From: Rhodosorus marinus CCMP1338
Lineage: Eukaryota; Plantae; Rhodophyta
Length of the DNA: 64,000 bases
Direction: 5' to 3'
Assembly: GCA_029953675.1 (NCBI GenBank)
Contig: JAMWBK010000004.1
Location: forward strand, 2,790,001 to 2,854,000
Shown: piece by piece, positions 1-9,772 of the stretch
Layout: each line of letters opens with the position of its first letter
Numbering within the stretch: position 1 is the stretch's first letter
Notes under the pieces: generated by a model
What the model was told of the DNA's origin: nothing
The model's input: the letters and a program-made list of their open reading frames with translations, nothing else
Database searches by the model: none
Made by a program: the position numbers and the translations under genes

Positions 1-315
1 CCGGCACAGACGCACCAAAAGGAGCCCGAAACTTTCATCGAGTCTTTTGATTCTCCTCCTGTACAAGAGGGTTCACCGCCAAAGCGCAACAGAACTGAAA
101 AGGAAAGACCTCGATGTGCTATATGCAATGCAACATATGTGTCAAATTCTGCTGTCAGGCGTCACTTCCGAACTGTTCATGAGAAGAGATGGAAGTATGA
201 GTGCAGCTGCGGGAAGAGGTTCTACCATCAAAGCGATTATTACCGGCACCAGGCGGGAAAGAATCACGACAAAAAGCTCCCAAGGACTGGCCAATTTTCA
301 AATGAAATCAGCTAA
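1..315 (+). CDS. C2H2 zinc-finger protein, 3' part (starts before the window)
   Basis: Frame 1 is open from base 1 to TAA at 313-315. It reads ...RCAICNATYVSNSAVRRHFRTVHEKRWKYECSCGKRFYHQSDYYRHQAGKNH, two C2H2-type fingers. The ORF track misses it because there is no start codon in the window. Confidence 0.85.
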   Translation, partial: PAQTHQKEPETFIESFDSPPVQEGSPPKRNRTEKERPRCAICNATYVSNSAVRRHFRTVHEKRWKYECSCGKRFYHQSDYYRHQAGKNHDKKLPRTGQFSNEIS

Positions 316-919
316 GAAGCGAGCTATGTCAGTGGTCTTGAAACGGGATGAGTTGCACTCGCCGTGGATACTATTTAACGAGGAAACATTTTCCAGTGTG
401 TTGTATTGTTGTTGTTTTAATCTGAAGGAGGAAATCTCCGCCTTCGGACGAACGCTACCGACTCGAACGGGTCGTTTTCGGCCTTCGTTTAATAGGCATA
501 ATTATATGAATATAGAAATTGATAAGACCAGTCTTCTGGCGTCCTCAGGACTTGCCTGAAAGAGTCTGGCAAGGGTTCAGGCATCTCTGAGGTCGTCGAT
601 GTAGTTTAGACTTAAGAACGTCGCCTAGCCTCGGCTTGGAACAAAATTTGAACCAGCTGTCTCTTACCGGTCAAACTCGCATCTGGCCGCTCTGCTCTCA
701 TCCCAAGAGGTGTGCATTGCGTCAGGGCATCAGAGAAAGCTCAGGATCACCAAAGGCAATTCGCCGAGAGCAGCAGTGCCGCAGTGCCGGGTGATGAGAA
801 ACGCCCGGCAATGCATGCGAGAGTCTATAACTTGGGCGATCCACGCCAGCACCTTCGCTAAGTGTTGGCGAGATTTCACAAGGTATTGTTTTTCCACTTG
901 TTAGGGCAAACCCTCACAT

Positions 920-1801
920 TCACTTGCTCGCGTCCGCAAGGAGAAGATCGAGATCGGGAACCGCAACAAAACGGTTCTCCAGGTCTGCGAGATGTACAAG
1001 CTTTCCTTGACTCTCCCGAATTTGGATCAAGTGCTCTGCAAAGCTGCACTCGGCCCCTGGTGTGACATTCATTTCCACGTCGTCCCCGAAAACCAGCTTC
1101 ACCTTTCCCGATTTGTACAAACGCAGCTTCCCAACTAGCAAGGTCTCACCAGTTACAGTCCTCAAGTCCGAAGGGAGGTTCTTGGTTTTCTCTTCACCAT
1201 CGAAGCAGTCTAGAGCCTGCACTGTTTGTGTTGGAAGCTGGATTGGCAAGATACTGGGGAGTTGAATAATAGAAACCCGATTTTCATCCAGAAGCTTTGA
1301 GGCAACTGGTCCGTGTGCTGGTTCCTCCTTCTCAAGCACTCCATTAAATGCATGTGGGTTCGGAAGAGGTACGGGGAACAAGCTTGGGTCGCCCTTCCCG
1401 ATCTTTTCACCTCCATGGATTATGCTCGCATCGGCCATCTCATCGTCGGATTCGAATTCGTTCCCGGAGGCCCATGGCGTTTTCTTTTCGAGGCGCGGCT
1501 CCGCCTTGAAAGCGTTTCTTTCGTTAAAAACGTTCTCATCCTTCCCATCGTGGCGTCCCTGTGTTCTCGTCTTGTCAAGGTGCTTTTCATCCTCGGCCCC
1601 AACCGAGCTTCGTCGTGTTGACGGTTTAGAGCTTCCAAAACCCCGATTAGACCCTTGACCTCGAGTCGCCGACTCACCAGACTTGCCTTCCTTAGGCCTC
1701 GCTCCGGCCTGAGGGACAAGCTGTGGGATTCGCGTTCGCCGCCCTCGTCTGCTACCAGCAGCAGATACATTCGGCTTGAACTTTGGCCTGTCTTCAGGCA
1801 T
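920..1801 (-). CDS. RPC4: RNA polymerase III subunit RPC4 (RPC53/POLR3D-like)
   Basis: Intronless 293-aa ORF with a low-complexity N-terminus. The C-terminus IQLPSILP...VGKLRLYKSGKVKLVFGDDVEMNVTPGAECSFAEHL...VAVPDLDLLL matches the RNA_pol_Rpc4 domain pattern. Confidence 0.88.
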   Translation of the reverse strand: MPEDRPKFKPNVSAAGSRRGRRTRIPQLVPQAGARPKEGKSGESATRGQGSNRGFGSSKPSTRRSSVGAEDEKHLDKTRTQGRHDGKDENVFNERNAFKAEPRLEKKTPWASGNEFESDDEMADASIIHGGEKIGKGDPSLFPVPLPNPHAFNGVLEKEEPAHGPVASKLLDENRVSIIQLPSILPIQLPTQTVQALDCFDGEEKTKNLPSDLRTVTGETLLVGKLRLYKSGKVKLVFGDDVEMNVTPGAECSFAEHLIQIRESQGKLVHLADLENRFVAVPDLDLLLADASK

Positions 1802-2489
1802 ACTTCAGATAATTCCTTAGCAAACGTCACTACATCTAAGCCACCCTTCCACGCAATGAGTTCTCAACTTTCGAGCCCGTGTTCGTTCTGATATATATAC
1901 GGTTGCATCCACCGGGACATTGTTAATCAGCGGCTGCATCGAGCGTTTGCTCTCCAGATGGGTTACTGTTCCCGCTGCTAAAAAGAAAGGAAGTGGGTGG
2001 AGGTTGAAGAATACTTGCTGGCGATTATCCTACCTAAATCGATCCAGGGAAAGGCGAGAGCAGCAAGTTCCAGTGTTTTTTGAAATCCTCGGGCGCCGAG
2101 ACCATGATGATGATGGTGGTTGGTAAGATCCTCTGCTAGTACTTGGAATTATTATCAAGGACCAGTCTGTAAGTTGTGTGTGATTACTTCGCGACTAAGC
2201 AGACCCCAGTACGAGATCGGTGACAGGATATGACTGCGCTTACCAGCTTCAGTGGCACTTGGCGGGATTTTTCGAATTGGACAGGCTGTCGTTTGGCATG
2301 TTGGCACAGGTTGAGTGAGCTCTACGCCCCTTAGTTGACCTCATGAAAAGCAGACTTCGAGTTCAGGTGCAGTCGAGTGCCCGTGATAGAGGGCTGCTTC
2401 TTAAAGCCAGGGGGAAAACAGTTAGTGACAGGGCGAAGCTACCGGGCAGGGCCACTGCGATGGATCACCGTGGATATTCAGCTTGATCA

Positions 2490-3010
2490 AGCGTCCTCGA
2501 TCTAAGAGTTCACATCCATTCGCAAGAAGGGTAGTGGTTCGTGTCGTCGCTAATCAACGATGAAGGGGAAGAGTTGCTGATGAGGCTCATGCCCCAGTCG
2601 TGCAGCGGGTGGCGGACCTTGTGGTGACTGATCTGAGTGCTCGTCAAAGTGACTATACGGACCTTTCTATCCCTTGTCCCCAGGCGACCAGGCACCTTCC
2701 TACGTCCGCTCGGCGCCGTGGAGCTGCACCTCCGTCAATGCGGCAATTGAAAGAATCCCAGTACGCTGAGGAGATGTTACACTTTAAGCTTCGCGACTCT
2801 GCATTGTCATTCCGGTTTGTACCATTGATTATCGAGTGCGTTGGCTTACTTGATAGTGTAGGTTCTCGTTGGCGTCGTGCTATCTTTCGTAGCAACCCAG
2901 GGCGTCTTGATAGCCTCCCCACGGAGCTGTCTTTGGCTCTCTGCCGTTCAAACGCTGCATCATTGTTGGACGCGCGTCATCGGTGTCTTATTTCTCGCTT
3001 CTCAGGGTAG
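2490..3010 (+). mobile_element. Decayed 3' fragment of a non-LTR retrotransposon with a restriction-like endonuclease (CRE/R2-type RLE)
   Basis: Translation RGRVADE...QRVADLVVTD...YTDLSIPCP...GAA...KESQY...FRFVPLIIECVG...ELSLALCRSNAASLL fits the RLE C-terminal layout. Frameshifted upstream remnants (VLDLRVHIHS / KKGSGSCRR) resemble the zinc-knuckle-RH motif. Stops and frameshifts are present and no RT domain was seen. Confidence 0.55.
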
Positions 3011-5271
3011 TTAGGCTCAGAATAAACTGACGAGGGGTACGGGAATCATGAATACGACCATTTAGTTCAAAAGCTAATCCTGACGGGATTTTACCCAAGA
3101 AAGAGCGGGTACAGTAAGAGATCCGCGAGAAGGAGCCCATTAGGGATCCAATATGTATGTGGAAGGCCCTCGGGTGGCCGCCTACACGTTCGCTCGAATG
3201 CTCGAACGCTTCAGCGTCTCGGTCCCGCACGAGTGCAAAGGACATTGTGAGGAAAGCTCCAAAACAATACTATCGACGATTTTTTCCGGCCAAGGGGGGG
3301 GGGTTGGGGTTTGGAGGGGGGAGGGACTTACAAAGAAGCCGAACGAAACAGTTGCTCGGGGGTTTTCGTCCTCCAGTTCCTACGCACGCGGCGAGAAAGA
3401 GGAGGACTCGGACCAGAAATTGCCTACATAAACATGAAGGTGTTGCCGTGTAAACGAACCAAAATAGCACTCTAAAAATAAATCACAAAAGGTGGGTATT
3501 TTTGTCGAACTCTCGTCCGGCGCCCTTGTAGGGAATCCGCAAACCTGGAGTCAGGCCACGGTCAACTGAGGAAAAAAAAACAACAGAAAAACACCCCTCC
3601 TTCCCACCTCCAGTAAGGTATTCCACCATATTTATAAAAAAAAACATCGCAAAGAATCCAGCTAACCCAAAACTCGAAGGAACAAAAAGAATTAAAAAAA
3701 AGAGAGGAGAAAGCAGTTTCCAAAATAGTTTATATGTCAATATGAGTATTCCTGAACTTTCCAATCAAAAAATCCATTAATGTGTGTCAACATTTTTTTT
3801 CGGAGAGGAGTGAGTTTGGGGGGGGGGGGTGAAGGGAATTTGCTCAAAAATCCCGATTCCTTTGCTTTCTTTTTGCATCTTTCTTTTTTTTTGGTGTAAG
3901 TTTCAGAGGATACATTGTTCCCACTCATTCGCAAAGCTTCTCGCATGAAAAAAAATTAAAATTTGTTTCATCCTAGACACCCAAAGGTGTGAATCCCGTC
4001 TGACCTGGATTGAAGCCAGAACAGGCGAGTATTAAAAAAGGGCAGGAAATGATTGTCCCACTAATGTCGTCGTGAGAACCATTCGTACATTTTATAGGCT
4101 TAAGAGCCTATAATATTGACAACGTGATACCTAATGAACCCCCTCCCCGGCCCCCCCCCCAAAATGCGTACACGTCTGTAACACCATTCAACCTGCCCTT
4201 TCCTACTTTCTTACCAGGGGGAACTGAGCTGCCATTTACATATGGAGCTTTTTAAGTTGGCTAGATTTAGGTGTGGGTATTTTAGGGGAAGTGGAGGGTG
4301 GAGGTGGATATGTGGTACCCAGCAAGAAGTACTTGGCGGCGGATCGTAATCAGGGCTGTGGCTGTGACCTCTTATTGAAAGGCTGGACAAGTCGCTTTGC
4401 AACGGATGGGGCGATGTGGCGATGAAGACGAACTAGTCCTTCTCATCAATATATAACACGAAGAGTTCTACTACTCACGAGCAACCACATCGAGTTATGC
4501 TTGGAGTTTACAAACGGCTTGGAACTCAGACGCAACTCCCCGCAGCCTTCCCCCCCCCCAGATCCGAACCTCCCAATCCCCATATTGGTCTCGATTTTTA
4601 TTTAGCACAGCAGAAGAAAATCCCGTTGAAGTTTTAAACAAAATTGGAAAACGGACAACGGGGTATGGAAAAAAAAACAGAAAAAGGGACTATTATGGAA
4701 AGAAGAATTGAAAAAGGAACCTTGAGAGGTGGCAAAGCAGCCCGGGGTGGGGGGGGGTGTGGTTGGGTTGTTGGTTTGTTTGTTACAGGAGGTTGCTTTG
4801 TCGGGAAGTAGTGTCATTTGCAATTTAGACATTTATGTAATTGGGATGACGTGCACTATGGCTCCGGGATTTCATATCGATAAAATAGGTAGGAACGCGG
4901 TGTGAAATTTGGAGAAAAGGTTTCCATAAGGTTTTGCTCGGAGAACCGTCGCGCCCATCCGGGGGAACAGTTGATTGCTGTAGGGGAAGGTTTAGTTTGG
5001 ATTTGGTGCTGGGCAGTGTTCGCTTGTTTCGGGTGGAGGTGGGAAATCTTCTCTGTTTTTTTGAGGTGGAGGAGTGTTCGGGTTGTAGGGAAGTTGGTGA
5101 GGTTTTGAGGAGGCAAAGCTCTGTCTTGTTGAGGGATCCTTGACGAGGTGACTTCAGGCAACACAACAAGGTTTTGGCGTGGTGCTCAACGCGTTATGTG
5201 AGGACATAAGTTACGTCTTAGTCTTATTGTGGGTTGGATAGCTGTTTCCGAGAGGAAGGGTATAAGGAGGG

Positions 5272-6654
5272 ATGGTGGGGTTGGTAGATACCCTCAAGGT
5301 GCAGAAGGTTTGGGATTGGATTTTTTTTCAGGATTCCCGGCCCGCCGTGCTGAGGAACGAGCCCCTTGGGGTATACTCTTTCGCTTATGATCAAAAGCAA
5401 AAAGGCCCAGTGCAGAATTCCCTCCTGCAGCCGTTCAGTATTTTGCATTGCGTGGAATGGGATGAGGAGGATTGTGCGTTGGGTTCCTGTATCGGTTTCA
5501 AAGCAGGCGACGCAAGGTTCTTCTTTCCCGGCGAGAATGTCGAAATTCTCAAGAGGAGGTTTGCAATTGAGTATGTGGATGAGGATCCCGTATACTGGGA
5601 AGCCCAATTATTTAGCAACAATGGAGTAGTTCTTTCCAGGCAGTCATACACGGCTTCGCTGGAATCCATGAGAGCAACAGAAGTCTTTCGCCTCGACGAA
5701 CCGGAGACATTGCTGGCTCGGTCATATTTTGAGGAGAGGAAGGACTGCTTCTTTTGCACATCTCGCGATGTAGGATGCGACTGTCCGAACAGTTTGAGAG
5801 TTCGTAGTTTGCAAGCGGTGGCTGATGTGTTCAGTGGCGACATCCAGTCGATTAATAATTCCGCCTGGAAGAGGATGCGAAACTTTCTCACTATTGGAGG
5901 AGAGACCAAAACTGCCCAGTGGCTTTTCAGAATGCAGTTTCCAGTCGAGGGAAAGCTTGTTACAGTATCTAACTTCCGATGGAGCGTGGAATACAAGTAT
6001 GTGCTAAGTGGCCCGGAGCTAGAAAGCGAGCGGTCTGTATTTATTCAGGACAGGATCCTGACAAGTACACCTCCTAGGTCAAGCGCGCGATGGAGTAGCA
6101 TGGAATCGTCCGTCTCAAGTGAGGACTCGTTGATATTCCTACCGTCGACAATGCGCAGGGTACGTTTTTCAGGTTCTCCTTTCAACCAGTATGTGGCTAG
6201 TAACTGAATGTCGTGCATCTGCGTTCTTTTCCATCAGAAGCCCTCGAAGGATTCTGGACAGAAGAGGTTGGGTATGCCGAAGCCCCCGTCAGAGTGCCCG
6301 GAATGCGGGGCACAGTTTGTCAGGATTTACGAGATGAAGAGGCATGTCATGAGCGTTCACCTCAAAGTCCGAAACTTTGTATGCAAGCAATGCGATAAGG
6401 CTTTTACTCAAAAGGCGCACCTTACAAATCACATTTACGCTGTGCACGACGATATCCGGAACATTCCATGTTCATTGTGTGACCTCAAGTTCCGGACGAA
6501 ATGCAATGCGCAAAGGCATTTCAACGCGGTTCATCTCAAGCACCGACCTAGCATATGCCAAGAATGTGGCAGCAGCTTTCAGCAGAGCAGTGACGTCAAA
6601 CGTCACTTGCAAGCGAAACATCCGCATCTCCTTCAGAAATCGAAAGAATGCTAA
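5272..6654 (+). CDS. C2H2 zinc-finger transcription factor (4 C-terminal fingers) with a long N-terminal domain
   Basis: ORFs 5272-6207 and 6208-6654 are joined by an in-frame 78-nt intron (6160-6237, GTACGT...CATCAG). Fingers: CPECGAQF..MKRHVMSVH, CKQCDKAF..LTNHIYAVH, CSLCDLKF..AQRHFNAVH, CQECGSSF..VKRHLQAKH. Confidence 0.9.
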
Positions 6655-8164
6655 TTGGCTTGTTGACGTGTTTGGGATGAAGGTGCACTTCGTCTTAATG
6701 CCTTTCGCAGTATCCGCTGGACGTCATACACTTTCCGCTCGGATCGGAGTGATTGTTGAAATCGAAATGAATCTGCAAATCTTCTGACTGACGGGTAACA
6801 ACTTACGGGGAGGACGAACGTTGGGAGCATAAGCAGCTGCTTGAAAAGGAAGACTCTGGAGGGCTGGACCCGAAATGACTAACTCCGAAACGAGGGATTG
6901 ACTCTTTTTTAGGAAGGACCGCATCATTCGTTTCTTTGACTGGCTAGCTGCTGGGTCTCGCCGTTATGTGGCACTGAAGGCCCGCAGCCATTGCATAACT
7001 CTGTTTTTCTTATATTCTGAAGTCGCTTGCGTTGCAGACTACAACTTGCAAGTTAGATTTTCTTGATTAAAACTAGCTACTTATTGGTTCACGGATCCGC
7101 TGGCTTTCTCTGCCCAGGAACCGGAAACTTGCTAAATTATTTCAGCAGGCATCGTTTTGCAGGGATACTGAAGTGACAGTATTTCTCCATCGACAAGCTC
7201 ATAAAAAAAGGCCAACTTCGACTGGATGTAGCCACGGTCCGCGCTACTAGGTCAAGCCTACCTGGTTAGCCAAACAATGCCCGACTTGACCTTACTTTTG
7301 TTGCCAACCTCCTATCGGTAGTGCACTGGAAGAGACGACAACGAACAAAAGGAGAGGATCAGAAAGGGATTGACATGTCATCTTCCATATAAGGGGCCTG
7401 TTAGAGAAAGGATCGTAGGTACACTTGCTTAGCGTACCCTCGTCAACAGCCTAGACTCCAGTTCCGAACAGTGGTTACAACAAAATCTTTGGAATTGGAC
7501 TTTGCCGCTTATGAACCCGACTACTTTCTTCTACTCCCAAACACAATCTTCGGTATTTTGGACATCTTCAATACACCTATTTTCTACTATCTACTACTAT
7601 AATCTAAAACTTGGCAGGAACCGGTAAGACCACCTGCCAAAAATATAAATTGAATAGTAAAAGATTATTCTCACTATTTCGGAGTCGCCCGTTTTTCTAT
7701 TCTGAGAGCTAACCTCATTTAAATAGTTTCTAAAAAACTTGTCTTGGCGGATTGTTTGTTTTTTTCTTTTTTCTTGTACTACTTGTGCTTAAACTTTTGT
7801 AATTATTTTAGAGGGTTTGGAATTAAAAGAGAATTTGACGAAATTTGTTTTGTTTTTGGTCAGTAAGTTAGTTATTGTTTGCTGAATAATTTTAGATAAG
7901 AAAAATGCATTTTGGTTTGTTGGGAAGGATTTGGAAACGCCAAAAAAATAAATTTGGGCGATTTGTTATTAGCTCACTATTTCCACTCTGAAATTCTAGC
8001 CGTACCATATTACACCACACTAGTAACGATGCCCCATACTGAACTGATAGCATTTCTCCATTCAAAAGCTCCTTTAAAAAGCCATCTGCGACTGGGTATA
8101 GCAACAGGTCCACTCTACCAAGGCAAGATTACCTGGTAGGCAAACAATACCGGAGCTTGCTTTT

Positions 8165-8675
8165 ATTGAGGCTCTCAGAACTCACATACCGCAGGTGGCC
8201 TTCACCCAGTTTAACAGCCTCCGGGTCTCCAATTCATGTCCTAAAACGTCTACTCGTCACTTGACCGAACTTGCAAAGTTAAAAGCTGGAAATCCTTTCC
8301 GTACCAATTAACCGAAACCAAGATGCCCTATCATTGAGGCACTGGGATCTCACGTACCACTTGCAGATGGCCTTCACCCAGTTTAACAGCCTCCGGGTCT
8401 CTAATTCATGTCCTCAAAATCTCTACTCGTCACTTGACCAAACTTGCAAAGTTAAAAGCTGGAAATCCGTTCCATACCAATTAACCGAAACCAAGATGCC
8501 CTATCATTGAGGCACTGGGTACTCACGTACCGCTTGCAGATGGCCTTGCCTCAGTTTCACACCCTCCGAGTCTCGTCACTTGACCCAACTGGCAAAGGTA
8601 AGGCTGGAATTCCGTTCCGTACCAATGAACGGAAACAAAGATGCCCTGTCATTGAGGCTCTGGGAACTCACCAGT
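8165..8675. repeat. ~172-bp tandem repeat, 3 units (third diverged and shortened), plus a partial unit near 8873
   Basis: The marker CAG(A/G)TGGCC occurs at 8192, 8364, 8537 and 8873, and ATTGAGGC occurs at 8165, 8333, 8506 and 8651. Units 1 and 2 are nearly identical. Confidence 0.92.
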
Positions 8676-8735
8676 CGACCTTCAGCTCATGAGAGCAAAA
8701 TACGATAGTTCAAGACCGGCCTTTTTTTTTTGAAG

Positions 8736-8823
8736 GAAAACGATGTCCTCCTAAAACTCTTTTTGTTTTGTATGTATTGTGAAAACGATGTCCTCCTAAA
8801 ACTCTTTTTGTTTTGTATGTATT
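8736..8823. repeat. 45-bp-period direct duplication with a diverged third copy near 9018-9080
   Basis: GAAAACGATGTCCTCCTAAAACTCTTTTTGTTTTGTATGTATT occurs at 8736 and 8781. Confidence 0.9.
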
Positions 8824-9772
8824 TGGGCAGGCAAGAAGATGGTTTGGTAGACCTGACCGGCACGCGAGAACTCAGATGGCCTTGATTCAGTTTGACACCC
8901 TCAGGGCGTCTACCTCAAGTCATAATCTCTCCGCTCGAGTCTTGATCGAACCTTGTGCTTCGTAAAGTTAAGCCCGACATATTCTCTGGCCTGGGAAACG
9001 GACTTTTTCTATGGAAGGAAAATGATGTCTTCTTTAAATGTCCTTCTAAATCGTTTGTTTTCGTCGGTGTTTGTATTTGGGAAGGTGAGAAAAAGGTGAA
9101 TTTCTTATTCGGGGTGGGGGAGAGTTGGTGACCGTGGTATATAGAGGGAGAGATTGTATGTTAGTTTGTCCTTTTTCATGGGAGGAGTGTTGAGGAGGAT
9201 GAAGGATGTGATACTATAGGAAGCTTATCTTATCTCTAGCTGCAAAAGATTGATTTACTTGAGGGATTTACTTTTTTGTTGTTTCGATTCTTGTCAAAGT
9301 GTGTTTTGTTTTGGCCGGATTTCTTTGCGAGCTTTTGTGTTTTTGAGATGTCGTCTGGAGGGTTTTTGAGATTGGTAGACACTTGAGGAGGAAGGATGTG
9401 AACAGTAGATGATAGGGCACGGCAGATTTTTCTCGACGTAGCGGAATTGGGATCGGTTGAGTCGTTTCTATTTGGGATTTGTCTGGATGTGGTACGCAGT
9501 ACGATAACAATATTTTTGTATGATGGAGGAGGGAGCGGGGGGTTAGGAAGCCTTGGGTGCTTTGTCTGATTGGATGAAGATGAAGTAGTGAAAGCTATTG
9601 TTTTTATCACTGCTTGACTTCCTCTTCATTGGTGTTGGACTTCTAAGTGTCACGAGGTGGGGGTGTGGTTTAAAAGCCACTTTTTCGGAGTGGTTTGAGG
9701 AATAGGAGGGGTTGCTCTTGGCAGCTTTGAAATAGCCCGAACTCTGGTTCGAGGAATTATTTGGTAAAAGGG

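Noticed and set aside
47-559. 170-aa ORF from the track
   Set aside because: It is an off-frame overlap; the real coding frame is the C2H2 frame 1-315.
3290-4760. Poly-G/poly-C tracts and short ORFs crossing them
   Set aside because: Low-complexity promoter-like DNA; the ORFs are compositionally biased and homopolymer lengths may be sequencing-error prone.
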